A stretch of DNA of 64,000 bases from positions 1 to 64,000 of IMG/VR virus record IMGVR_UViG_3300028797_000009; one strand, written 5' to 3'. A program made the position numbers and the translations under genes. Below the pieces are notes generated by a model. It worked only from the letters and a program-made list of their open reading frames with translations. It had not been told where the DNA came from and did no database searches. The stretch comes from a virus. Taxonomy: Duplodnaviria; Heunggongvirae; Uroviricota; Caudoviricetes. Every line of letters starts with the position of its first letter. Positions within the stretch are counted from its first letter, which is position 1. Below are positions 1 through 8,647 of the stretch, one piece after another.

Positions 1-512
1 CAATCCGTACCTGCCGAAGCCATTTTGCTTCCTGGTAAACTTTGACAAACTCCGTAAGCACCTGATGATTTATTGGTTGCCGTAGGATTACAATTAGACT
101 CTTTTTGGAAGATGAAGTAAGCATTTGCCATATCGGTAATTCCTGCCTGTGTCATCCAATCTTTACAGGTTCCAGGGATACTGACTTCTGTTGAGGCAAG
201 TTTTGCTTGCTCCTGTGCCTTCTTTTGAGCGTCTAGTTTGGCTTGTAGTTTTTCCTCCAATTCCTTTTTCTCTTGTTCGAGTTTTGTCTTCTCATCATTA
301 AGATTTTTGTTCTCCGTTTCAAGATTTTTGATGTCTTGCTCGGATTGATGTTGAAGTTCCTCGAAGTTTGAGGAAGAATTGTCTAGCTCAACTCTTAATG
401 TTCTAATGTTATGGATTGCTAATCCAGCGAATCCTAGGATTAAGATTGATAGGATAATCTTTGCTAGAAAACCCACCACACCTAATGATTCGGCTTTATT
501 AGGTTGTTTCAT
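1..512 (-). CDS. Membrane-anchored coiled-coil protein with C-terminal SLT/lytic-transglycosylase-like motif (5' part only; the gene runs off the window start)
   Basis: My reverse-strand translation from ATG at 512-510 with GAGGT RBS: MKQPNKAESLGVVGFLAKIILSILILGFAGL (TM), a long KNLETENKNLNDEKTKLEQEKKELEEKLQAK coiled coil, then KESNCNPTATNKSSGAYGVCQSLPGS, which resembles the SLT E-S..NP.A...SGA.GhxQ motif. No in-frame stop down to position 1. Not in the ORF track because it is edge-truncated. Confidence 0.45.
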   Translation of the reverse strand, partial: MKQPNKAESLGVVGFLAKIILSILILGFAGLAIHNIRTLRVELDNSSSNFEELQHQSEQDIKNLETENKNLNDEKTKLEQEKKELEEKLQAKLDAQKKAQEQAKLASTEVSIPGTCKDWMTQAGITDMANAYFIFQKESNCNPTATNKSSGAYGVCQSLPGSKMASAGTD

Positions 513-563
513 AACGCTTACCTCACTCTATTAATTACTTAACACCAAGGTTGAGGGAAGTAA

Positions 564-881
564 TTATCTTTTACTCCGTTTAAGGTTATTACTCTTCACA
601 AACGCATCGATTGAATAATAAGCTGCAAGTAGAGCTTGTGGAATGAGTAGAACCTTGGTGGCTACTCCGTCCAGATTCATCAAGATGATGTATGTGCTGT
701 AAACGATTGAGCAAACTGCCAAAAGTTTACTGAAGCCAATTATACCACGGAAAGCGGTATGTATGCCTTCTATACGAGCCTTTTTGCGACGGTTCCTAGC
801 GTTAAGACCAGTTGATTCGCTTAATTGTGCGTCCAACTCGGCGATTTCGTCGTATTCGTCTTTTACTTTGATTTGTTTCAT
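564..881 (-). CDS. small membrane protein (hypothetical)
   Basis: 105-aa ORF with a hydrophobic C-terminal segment LLAVCSIVYSTYIILM; lies in the leftward operon. Confidence 0.45.
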   Translation of the reverse strand: MKQIKVKDEYDEIAELDAQLSESTGLNARNRRKKARIEGIHTAFRGIIGFSKLLAVCSIVYSTYIILMNLDGVATKVLLIPQALLAAYYSIDAFVKSNNLKRSKR

Positions 882-940
882 ATATATCCTTTCTTTTATT
901 GTTATTGGTGTAAAGGTGATACCCTAACCTTTACATTTTT

Positions 941-969
941 ATTATATATGAAAAGTATCAAAATGTCAA
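941..969 (-). promoter_or_regulatory. sigma70-like promoter of the conserved phage promoter/leader family (minus strand)
   Basis: Reverse complement reads cATTGACAttttgatacTTTTCATATATAATaaaaatg, followed by a hairpin (gtaaaggt..acctttac) and an AAAGAAAGGAtatatATG RBS. Same cassette as at 18783, 19214, 20569, 34833. Confidence 0.5.
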
Positions 970-987
970 TGGTTATTTTTAATTTCG

Positions 988-1989
988 TCAAAAATTGTTT
1001 CGATATTTGAGGTAGATTTTGTTCGTGAATGTTCTAATCCTGCCTTTGCGAAGGTTGTATATCTGGGATTTGTCGAATTTATCTATCTCGGATGTGCCAA
1101 GTTCTTTGTCTGTAAGTTTAGAATATTTGTCGTAAAGATGATAAAGTCGTTTTGTTTCGGTGTGGATTTTGCTGTCTAATTCGTTTTGCCAAGAAAGCAT
1201 TTGCTTCATAAATTCATCGGGAATATCTAAGTCCTCAACACGACCACCTTTATAGCAAAGTTCCCATACTCGATTTTTAGTGCAATCTGAAATCATACGG
1301 TGCATATTTAGGAACCATTCGGTTTTGAGTTTTACTCTATCTTCGGTGTTTTGATTAAAAGCAACGACTCCTTCGACTTCCATTGTGAGATATTTTTTAG
1401 CTTGTTCGAATGTAAATTTTTGTGCAATTTCGAATGGGCAATTGGTAGGGTTGGGGATAACTTCGTGCCCGTTTACCCGCATAGCCCAACAGACTAATCT
1501 AGGGGTTGGATGTTTAGTGACTATAATTCCAGCATCTTCTTCAAAATTCTGAAGTAGTTCGCAAAAGTATTCAGTATTTTCCTGTAATTTGCCTCTAATT
1601 TCGTCCGTGATGAAGTTTTCAGCGAAAAAGGTATATTTATTACAGAATGAACCTCGGGATGAGGTTATAAGCCCATAATGGCTGTCTTTTTTAATGGAAA
1701 TATAGTATCCGTCTAGTTTTTCGGATATAACACAATTTTTTAGGTCAAGATGGGGAGCAAATTTTTCTGAAGCATTAAAGAATTTTTTAGGACCTTGGAT
1801 AATTATTTGGTTGTCGTCAGAAATAACTAGCCCTCTGGTGTGAATGGTAATATTATCCCATTTCTCCTCCCATGTTGTTTTTTGGGTGTAGTTATAGATG
1901 GCGATAGGTAAATCAGGATGATGGGATTTGCGAATATATCCTTTGTCGCAATAGTCGGATAGTTTAGTGAAGAACTCCTGATTAAACAT
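988..1989 (-). CDS. ATP-dependent polynucleotide ligase family (probable RNA ligase)
   Basis: 333 aa. Covalent nucleotidyltransferase motifs: I SEKLDGYY (KxDG), III TEYFCELL, IV EGVVAF, V VKLKTEW. Size and order fit Rnl-type ligases. Confidence 0.6.
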   Translation of the reverse strand: MFNQEFFTKLSDYCDKGYIRKSHHPDLPIAIYNYTQKTTWEEKWDNITIHTRGLVISDDNQIIIQGPKKFFNASEKFAPHLDLKNCVISEKLDGYYISIKKDSHYGLITSSRGSFCNKYTFFAENFITDEIRGKLQENTEYFCELLQNFEEDAGIIVTKHPTPRLVCWAMRVNGHEVIPNPTNCPFEIAQKFTFEQAKKYLTMEVEGVVAFNQNTEDRVKLKTEWFLNMHRMISDCTKNRVWELCYKGGRVEDLDIPDEFMKQMLSWQNELDSKIHTETKRLYHLYDKYSKLTDKELGTSEIDKFDKSQIYNLRKGRIRTFTNKIYLKYRNNF

Positions 1990-2552
1990 TAACCCTCCGA
2001 GTTGTATTTTGTGTATGCGTTTTGTGCGTCATTGTATGATTCAACCATATTGGCTAATTTTCTACTGCCAGCAAAGAGGTTTACATATCTGTCATAAATA
2101 ACCTGCATACGATTGAGATGGAATTTCCATTCGATTTCTTGTCTTTGGGCTTTAATGTATTTGGGTTGAGTTTTTACCCAACATTCACGGTCCTTGGCTG
2201 AACTAAGTCCGAGATTTTCCTTTTCCTCATTACAAATTTTCCATAACTCTGCAAGAATGGTTGCCGTATCTAATTTCGCATATTCATATGAACGTTGAAG
2301 TTTGGCGAGGAATAGACCTGCCTCGGCAATCATATCTGGGTCGTGGGAAAGATGGAAACGAATATCCTCTTCAGAGAAAGATTCAAAATCACCATTTCGA
2401 ATTGCTTTGAGCATCACTTGTTGGGCTTCCTCAACCTTTGTGACATATTTTTGGAGTCGCTCAATGCGTTTCTGTTCCGATTCGGTTAAAACAGGCTCTT
2501 CGATTCGTGAGGCGATTTTGAGTGCTTCAACTTGGGGTAGTTTCGTTTCCAT
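1989..2552 (-). CDS. hypothetical protein
   Basis: 187-aa ORF; stop/start overlap with the upstream ligase gene suggests translational coupling. Confidence 0.5.
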   Translation of the reverse strand: METKLPQVEALKIASRIEEPVLTESEQKRIERLQKYVTKVEEAQQVMLKAIRNGDFESFSEEDIRFHLSHDPDMIAEAGLFLAKLQRSYEYAKLDTATILAELWKICNEEKENLGLSSAKDRECWVKTQPKYIKAQRQEIEWKFHLNRMQVIYDRYVNLFAGSRKLANMVESYNDAQNAYTKYNSEG

Positions 2553-2561
2553 ATAACTCCT

Positions 2562-3107
2562 TTACCAACTTGCTCTATAAATAAAACTGGTTGACCAATC
2601 GTCTTTTTCCTCCAAGTATGGAGTGAGATATTTAACGGTTGATTCTAGGTCTTGGAGATAATACTCATCGTACTCGGTAGAGCCGAAGAAAAATCCAGAT
2701 GTGGTTGGGAGTAAATCTTCTGCTTCAGTAGTATCTTTTAAGTATCTTACGGTTTCTTGTTTCTCCTCGTTAGTGAGAATGTCTTTGTAGGTGATTTCTT
2801 TTTTGGCGATATTTTCCTTATTGTTAAGAATTCTATTGCACCTTGCGACTAATTCCATTAAGTCTGCTCTTGACACATATATATCTTGGCATTCATCAAC
2901 TCCCTCTCCGCAATGCTGTATAAAGAAGTTATGAATTTGGTTTGCTTTTCGCCAATATGCAATTTCTTCTTCGACATATCTAACTTTTTTAGTGTCAACT
3001 TGGTTTTCTGTCTCGAAGCCTTTTTTATGGAGTTTGATTGAAAACTCTAACTCCTTGTCATAAGGCGAGATGTAAGTTTTTTTATAAAGATATGAGTCTA
3101 GTCCCAT
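2562..3107 (-). CDS. hypothetical protein
   Basis: 181-aa ORF, first gene downstream of the minus-strand promoter at 3139-3169. Confidence 0.5.
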   Translation of the reverse strand: MGLDSYLYKKTYISPYDKELEFSIKLHKKGFETENQVDTKKVRYVEEEIAYWRKANQIHNFFIQHCGEGVDECQDIYVSRADLMELVARCNRILNNKENIAKKEITYKDILTNEEKQETVRYLKDTTEAEDLLPTTSGFFFGSTEYDEYYLQDLESTVKYLTPYLEEKDDWSTSFIYRASW

Positions 3108-3138
3108 TTTTTTATCCTTTCTTTTACTTTGATATTTT

Positions 3139-3169
3139 GATTATATATGAAAATTGACTATACTTCAAG
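3139..3169 (-). promoter_or_regulatory. sigma70-like promoter of the conserved family (minus strand)
   Basis: Reverse complement: TTGAAGtatagtcaaTTTTCATATATAATcaaaat ... AAAGAAAGGATAAAAAAATG. Confidence 0.45.
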
Positions 3170-3706
3170 TAGTTTTTTGAATTTTTCTTGGATTTCTGGG
3201 TCTGGGTATAATCTTTTTACTATATAAGCGAGGTCATCATCTTTAATATCTGGGTTGTAAAGGAGAAGGTCGCACCAATCTCTTTCGGTGATGAAAAATC
3301 CCCATTGGGTTTGAGCAATAATTTCCGGGCTTAATTTTTCTGCCACTTGGAGATGGTGTTTTTCTCCAAAAGATTTACATTCCACAAAACCGTCTGAATT
3401 GACAAGTCCATCTGGTGAATAACCGATATTGGAGAATTTGTCGTTAATGATAAATCCAGCATTGTAGATTGGAGTATATACTTCTGAATAAATTTCTTTT
3501 GAGTCGGCTTCTAGGATGTGCCCACGATATGTCCAATAATTTCCTCTGAAAGAATTTTCGTTTTTGGCTTTTTCTTCGAGGATTGATTGAGGGGAATGAC
3601 CTCGCAAAAGTTTAATAGCGTCTGTGCCAGTTAAGTATTGTTTGCGAAGGTTGTGCCACTCTTGTGAACCTTGTTTAACCTCGTCCTCTGGGATGATGTT
3701 AATCAT
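3158..3706 (-). CDS. YqaJ/lambda-exonuclease-like PD-(D/E)XK nuclease
   Basis: 182 aa. N-terminal QGSQEWHNLRKQYLTGTDAIKLL is typical of YqaJ-type viral recombination exonucleases. DGLVNSDGFVECKSF gives the D..E.K catalytic triad. Confidence 0.6.
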   Translation of the reverse strand: MINIIPEDEVKQGSQEWHNLRKQYLTGTDAIKLLRGHSPQSILEEKAKNENSFRGNYWTYRGHILEADSKEIYSEVYTPIYNAGFIINDKFSNIGYSPDGLVNSDGFVECKSFGEKHHLQVAEKLSPEIIAQTQWGFFITERDWCDLLLYNPDIKDDDLAYIVKRLYPDPEIQEKFKKLLEV

Positions 3707-4328
3707 TTTTCTTTGCTTTCATCCTAGCGATTAACTCGGCTTTACGGTTTGAACTATCTTTAATAATTTGTTCCGCTTCCGAATCGGTGAATTCTAGATT
3801 ATTTAAGTCAACATCAAGTTCTGGATAATATTGTTCAATAGCCATTTTCTCCCAATCTTCCGTTTTGTATGGGTTAGCAAAATCTGGAAGTTTTGGCTCC
3901 GTTGCGAAAGTCTTGAATTCGGTTAATGGGTACCATTGATTTGGGATATAGTAGAGATAACGACCAATGCCAAACTGAACTGCCGCCCTCTTTAATGCGT
4001 CCGAACAACCACCTTTGAATGGGGTGACTTTCTCGGTGTATTCGCCACCATCTGATTTTGTAATCCAAGTTCCGTCTGGCATACGAATACTTAATTCGCA
4101 AACTACACCTTTTTCGTATGGTGTCATTTTACATTGCCAGCCATTGATTCCGCAGACATCATCTAGTCTTTTTTGGACTTCACGGGAATCAATATAGAAA
4201 AGGGCGATTCCTTTTTTCTTATCTTTTGATGTAGCACCGACACGATATTTTACAAACTTCGGGTCGAATGGGTTTTTGAGCGCTTTGAGTAGTGCTTGCT
4301 CTGCTGTTAATTTTTCCGTTTCTTTCAT
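3699..4328 (-). CDS. Single-strand annealing protein, Rad52/Sak-like
   Basis: 209 aa. ALFYIDSREVQKRLDDVCGINGWQCKM resembles the Rad52/Sak core. Paired with the exonuclease immediately downstream, as in two-component recombinase modules. Confidence 0.5.
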   Translation of the reverse strand: MKETEKLTAEQALLKALKNPFDPKFVKYRVGATSKDKKKGIALFYIDSREVQKRLDDVCGINGWQCKMTPYEKGVVCELSIRMPDGTWITKSDGGEYTEKVTPFKGGCSDALKRAAVQFGIGRYLYYIPNQWYPLTEFKTFATEPKLPDFANPYKTEDWEKMAIEQYYPELDVDLNNLEFTDSEAEQIIKDSSNRKAELIARMKAKKND

Positions 4329-4459
4329 CTTGGTTGCCTCCTTTATTTTGTTTCTATTATAAAGTATTTTTGAAAATTTGTAAAGTTTAAGAGAAAAGCG
4401 TAAGTTGAATTATCTCTGTTAATCATTTATAATGGGATAAAGTAAGTGGGAGGTAAAAA

Positions 4460-5263
4460 ATGATGGAGGAAAGCCATCAAAGAGAACTAAAAGGGATTTG
4501 GATTCCGATAGAGATATGGGATGATGAAAACCTAACGAGGTTAGAGAGAGATTTGTGGGCAGAGATATTTCAATTGGATGGGGAAGAAGGGTGTGTGGCG
4601 AGTAATGAATATCTTGCGAAGGTTTTGAGGTGTGATAAATGTTCGGTAACAAAAGGTATATCCAAGTTGAAGAAACTTGGTTATATTTTTCAGGAAAGTT
4701 TTGATGGTCGGGTAAGAGTATTGCGAAGTAGTTATAGATTGCAGGTATCGGTGAAAAGTAGTAGGCAGAGTAGGGAAAAGTCAGTAGGCAGGGTTGGTGA
4801 AAATCAGTACGCAGGGTCGGTAAAAAGTAGTAGTATAGAATATAATATAGAAAATAGATTAGAGAATAGTTTAGATAATTCTAATATAACGTCAGAAATT
4901 AAAATTTCTGATGGTCCTCGGAAAAAAGAATTGCCAGAAGAAGCATACAATTTGGCAGAACACTTGAAGGATAAAATTTTAGAACATCAGCCAACAGCGT
5001 GTATTAATCGAAATTATCGTGAGAGTTGGGCAAAGGATTTTGAAAAGGCACACAGGTTAGATAAAAGAGATTGGGATAAGATGTTCACGATGATTGATTT
5101 CTGTTTTGATGTGAGTGATTTTTGGGGACCTAATATTCGAAGTGGTGCGAAATTAAGACAGCATTATGACCAGATTGAATCGCAGATTCAGCGATATGTG
5201 AATAAAAATGGAACGATTGTAGTAGGGCAGGGAGATATTGATTATTCTTCCCCTCTGTTTTAG
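4460..5263 (+). CDS. putative replication initiator / replisome-organiser-like protein (N-terminal winged helix)
   Basis: 267 aa. N-terminus WIPIEIWDDENLTRLERDLWAEIFQL...LAKVLRCDKCSVTKGISKLKKLGYI looks wHTH-like. First rightward gene after the divergent promoter region 4329-4459. Confidence 0.3.
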   Translation: MMEESHQRELKGIWIPIEIWDDENLTRLERDLWAEIFQLDGEEGCVASNEYLAKVLRCDKCSVTKGISKLKKLGYIFQESFDGRVRVLRSSYRLQVSVKSSRQSREKSVGRVGENQYAGSVKSSSIEYNIENRLENSLDNSNITSEIKISDGPRKKELPEEAYNLAEHLKDKILEHQPTACINRNYRESWAKDFEKAHRLDKRDWDKMFTMIDFCFDVSDFWGPNIRSGAKLRQHYDQIESQIQRYVNKNGTIVVGQGDIDYSSPLF

Positions 5264-5288
5264 AATTTAAGGAAAGGAGATAAAAGAA

Positions 5289-5861
5289 ATGGATAAGAGT
5301 TTGGAATTAAGAGATAAAATCAACGAAAATGGGGATTTGATTGTTGATAAAACTGAAAATGGTGGCTTGATTACGGAAGTCGTGAAGTATGGTGTAATTA
5401 AGTTTTATGGTGATGATAAAGAATATCGAGTATCGTATAAAACTTTGTGGGATATAACGAATAAGCCAGAGAATTTTAAGGGGAATATTGTAATCCCAGA
5501 ATTGCATATGAAAGTTCCGTTGAGTAGTATTTGTTTCCAACAAATTCGTGAAGAGAAGAATATTATAAAAAAATCGTTCACTAAATTGCCGACAGAGGAT
5601 TTTGTATGTTTGGCTACGGAAGTTGGAGAAGAATTTAAGCCAGCAGGATTATCTGAGCGTGAAGCAAAGAAGAAAATGGATGAGTATTGGTTAATTCAAG
5701 CACATTATATTGAGCAAAATGGGGTTAAAAGATTCGATTATAATTTTAATCATGTTAAGTCGGCTATATTGGTGAGGTGTGTGGAAGATGGTGTTTTTGC
5801 CGTGAGTAAATCGTTTTCGTATGGTGAAGAAATTATGAGTAATGGGCTTGATAATTTATGA
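5289..5861 (+). CDS. hypothetical protein
   Basis: 190-aa ORF with a GGAG RBS upstream. Confidence 0.5.
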   Translation: MDKSLELRDKINENGDLIVDKTENGGLITEVVKYGVIKFYGDDKEYRVSYKTLWDITNKPENFKGNIVIPELHMKVPLSSICFQQIREEKNIIKKSFTKLPTEDFVCLATEVGEEFKPAGLSEREAKKKMDEYWLIQAHYIEQNGVKRFDYNFNHVKSAILVRCVEDGVFAVSKSFSYGEEIMSNGLDNL

Positions 5862-5994
5862 AATTTTAGTTATAATGGAAACATAGTAGATATGAAAATA
5901 TTTGCTCGCACATAAAACTTAAACATCAATCAAAATTCGTGGCCTAGGTTTTGTTAATCTGACCTAGGGTAAAAATAAAAATTCTTCACTATTA

Positions 5995-6030
5995 CCCCAT
6001 TCCCCTCGCTTTTGAGAATGGGGCTTTTTT
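5995..6030 (+). terminator. rho-independent terminator
   Basis: ccccattc/gaatgggg stem followed by a TTTTTT run. Confidence 0.6.
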
Positions 6031-6045
6031 GTTATAATGGTCTAG

Positions 6046-6939
6046 ATGTTAAAAGTAATTGACCATACAAATCATCCATCGTGGACTCCAATCAATGTTA
6101 GATTGGGTAGGGAAAATGGGGCAAAGACCTATTCGATGGATATAGTAAAATTTTATGCTCCTGTCTTTAAGCGTGTTTTTGCTGGAAGAGGAAAAGTTTT
6201 GTTAATTACTGTCCAAAATTGGAACTCGTGTGAAAAATGGAGGGGGTATGATAAGATTTTCGTATTTGTTCACGAAAGAGGTGGGACAGAGGAGGTTCGT
6301 GTTAAAAAGCGTGAAGCACTAAAAAAATTTGCCGAAGTTAACTCTCAATCAGAAGTTTGGTTTATTGTATGGTGCCCACAGCACGAAAAAGAGTTGAAGG
6401 ATGAAGGGCTAAATTGTTTCTATTTGCCGATGGCAATTGATGTGGATAAATTTCTTCCATATAAGTCAATTAATAAGAATTTGGGTAAAAAATTCATCTA
6501 TTATGGGAATTTGTTGAACGATAAAGTTCCGGCGTTTATGAAGTTGAAAGTAATGGTGGAATCAAATGGCTGGAAATTAGATTATATCTCGATGGATAGG
6601 CTGAACGGTTATGGGTTTCGGTTAAGCCCAGATAAGATTCGGAGAAGGTTAGCGAGGTATAAATATGGCTTTGCTGTTGGTCGTTCTGCACAGGAATTAT
6701 CTGTAATGGGGGTGAAGGTAGTGTGTTACTCAACAAATGATGTGATGTTCGCTAGAACGGATGAAGAATCGAAAAAATTGTTAGAGCAGAATAATACTTC
6801 TTGGGGAGAGGGATTGACTTTGGAAGAATTTAGTAAGTTTTTGGATGAAAAAGAGTTGGATAAAATTCAGCCAAGGTTTAATGATTGTAAAAATATTGCG
6901 AAGGTTTTAGAGAAAAAATTGCTAGACATCGTAAATTAA
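6046..6939 (+). CDS. hypothetical protein
   Basis: 297-aa ORF downstream of a ttgttataatgg promoter-like element. Confidence 0.5.
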   Translation: MLKVIDHTNHPSWTPINVRLGRENGAKTYSMDIVKFYAPVFKRVFAGRGKVLLITVQNWNSCEKWRGYDKIFVFVHERGGTEEVRVKKREALKKFAEVNSQSEVWFIVWCPQHEKELKDEGLNCFYLPMAIDVDKFLPYKSINKNLGKKFIYYGNLLNDKVPAFMKLKVMVESNGWKLDYISMDRLNGYGFRLSPDKIRRRLARYKYGFAVGRSAQELSVMGVKVVCYSTNDVMFARTDEESKKLLEQNNTSWGEGLTLEEFSKFLDEKELDKIQPRFNDCKNIAKVLEKKLLDIVN

Positions 6940-6949
6940 TATATGTTAT

Positions 6950-7340
6950 ACTCTTAACAAGAGGAATTTTACAGACAAGGTTGTGGCACGGTAGTCAGGA
7001 ATAACGGGAGTTTAAGATGTCCCACTGAAAAATAAGAGTCATAAGCACCTGTAAACCGTGATGGGTAACGAGTGGTAAGATTCTCCCTAGAAAGCCCCTT
7101 AATTCTTTGAAAATAGTAGCATAATAAGTTCGTCCAAGCGACTAATGCTGATTGGTTGCCAGAAATGGCTGTTGATGGGAGGTGATGAGCTGAAGTCAGA
7201 ACGCAGAAATGCAATCAGTCATCAACCAGGCTTATGACGCAAGACATATTCTAGCTTGGGAGCCTGCATATGTGGGAAAAGGCCGAGAGGTAGTTCCTAC
7301 CTATTTTCAAGGAGTTAGGGGGTTTTTGATTTTTTCTAAC
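6950..7340. ncRNA. candidate structured non-coding RNA (GC-rich, ORF-poor island)
   Basis: About 390 nt with much higher GC than the flanks and many local hairpins (e.g. aggtagttcctacct). Only short, low-complexity ORFs. Ends in ggggtttttgatttttt just before the promoter and RBS of the HicA gene. Confidence 0.25.
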
Positions 7341-7372
7341 TTTTTTGTTATAATGGAAAGGAAAGGAGGAAA

Positions 7373-7564
7373 ATGTCAAAAACATCAGAATATAAAGCGT
7401 TAATTAAAATGGTCGAGAAAGACGGGTGGTATCTGATAAGGGATAATGGGCATAAACAGTTCAGGCATCCCATAAAGAAAGGAAAAGTCACGATACCTCA
7501 TGATATTACGAAAAATATCAAAATGTCAGTTCTTAAACAGGCTGGTTTATGGAAGAGGGGATGA
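7373..7564 (+). CDS. hicA: HicA-family mRNA interferase toxin (orphan)
   Basis: 63 aa: KALIKMVEKDGWYLIRDNGHKQFRHPIKKGKVTIPHDITKNIKMSVLKQAGL matches the HicA/YcfA signature. Strong aaaggagg RBS and a TATAAT-like box upstream. Confidence 0.65.
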   Translation: MSKTSEYKALIKMVEKDGWYLIRDNGHKQFRHPIKKGKVTIPHDITKNIKMSVLKQAGLWKRG

Positions 7565-7723
7565 TTTAGTATAGACGGCATACGAAGTTCCTAAATGAAA
7601 ATCGCTTCGAAAAAAAGTTTAGAGTAGTATGTTGGACCCGAAGGCAGTTTTCGGCATCTCCACCATTGTGATATAATGTAGAAGCAAAACTATTAGCAAC
7701 CAATTTATAATTATGGAGAGTGT

Positions 7724-7761
7724 GGCTCTTTGAGCCTGCTCTCCTTTTTTGTGGAGGTTTT
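7724..7761 (+). terminator. hairpin plus T-tract (terminator or attenuator)
   Basis: ggagagtgtggctctttgagcctgctctcc followed by ttttttg; it overlaps the ATG at 7720 reported in the ORF track. Confidence 0.35.
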
Positions 7762-8235
7762 ATGAGTTATAGAACAAGGGCTAGGAGATTGGCGACTAAT
7801 AACAGAGAGTATATAAACTACTCACTAGATGGTTTAGGGAAGTGTACTTTTTGTAGTCCTCACGGTGGGGATAATTGTGGCAACCGTTCTCTGTGGGGGA
7901 AAAAGGTGGCAATGAAAAATTATTATAGAACAGGTAAAAAACGAAAGGAATATCCGAAATATATGCGAAAATGGTATGACAAACATTATATGAGCGAAGA
8001 AGATAGAGAGTATTATCGAAGGCGAGATAATCAGTATTACGATGTAAATAAAGGTGATTTGGCTAGCGCTCTTGATGGTTTATGTAAATGTATAAAACGG
8101 GAAAAGAATTATTATTCCTCATCTTTGTTTAATAAGTTTTACTCGAACTATGATAAATCTGGCTCAATCTATATGGAGAATGATATTCTTAATGTCACAA
8201 TTACTTTTTCAGCTAAAAGGAAAAAGGTGGTTTGA
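7762..8235 (+). CDS. hypothetical Cys-rich protein
   Basis: In-frame part of ORF 7720..8235. I prefer the ATG at 7762 (ggagg RBS; it follows the hairpin). Contains a CTFCSPHGGDNCGN cysteine cluster. Confidence 0.4.
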   Translation: MSYRTRARRLATNNREYINYSLDGLGKCTFCSPHGGDNCGNRSLWGKKVAMKNYYRTGKKRKEYPKYMRKWYDKHYMSEEDREYYRRRDNQYYDVNKGDLASALDGLCKCIKREKNYYSSSLFNKFYSNYDKSGSIYMENDILNVTITFSAKRKKVV

Positions 8236-8278
8236 CAGTATAAATGAAAACTGTTATTTTGAGGTGAAAGGAGGTAAA

Positions 8279-8647
8279 ATGTTAGAAGGTGCTTTTGGTA
8301 TACAAGATGGTGGCTACTATTTTTGGGCTGATGGTAAATCAAGACGATTTGCTTCGAATGATGAGTCGTCAAAATATGAAGATATACCGTATAAAGTAAT
8401 AACGAATGAGGATGCGTGTATTTTGTTTTTTAGACCACGATTATGGTTTATGAAAAAAGATTTTGATGTCCAAAAAATCGTCGTGTCTAGAAATAATGAT
8501 GATTGGTCTGACCCTGTTAAAGCGTTTTATGCCGCATATTTCTTGGCAAAGAGTGGTTTATCGAGGACGAAGGCGAATAAGTTTATTGATGCGATTTTGG
8601 AAGATTATTATAAATCTAAAAAGTCAAAGAAGATTGAAGTAAAATGA
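8279..8647 (+). CDS. hypothetical protein
   Basis: In-frame part of ORF 8150..8647. The ATG at 8279 follows gaggtgaaaggaggtaaaATG and avoids an out-of-frame overlap with the upstream gene. Confidence 0.4.
   Translation: MLEGAFGIQDGGYYFWADGKSRRFASNDESSKYEDIPYKVITNEDACILFFRPRLWFMKKDFDVQKIVVSRNNDDWSDPVKAFYAAYFLAKSGLSRTKANKFIDAILEDYYKSKKSKKIEVK

Noticed and set aside
7209-7403. 64-aa ORF in the GC-rich island
   Set aside because: It overlaps the promoter and RBS of the HicA gene, has low-complexity sequence and no RBS. The region reads better as non-coding.
8150-8278. The 5' extension of ORF 8150..8647
   Set aside because: The upstream portion overlaps the preceding gene out of frame, whereas the internal ATG at 8279 has a strong ggaggtaaa RBS. 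I trimmed the start.
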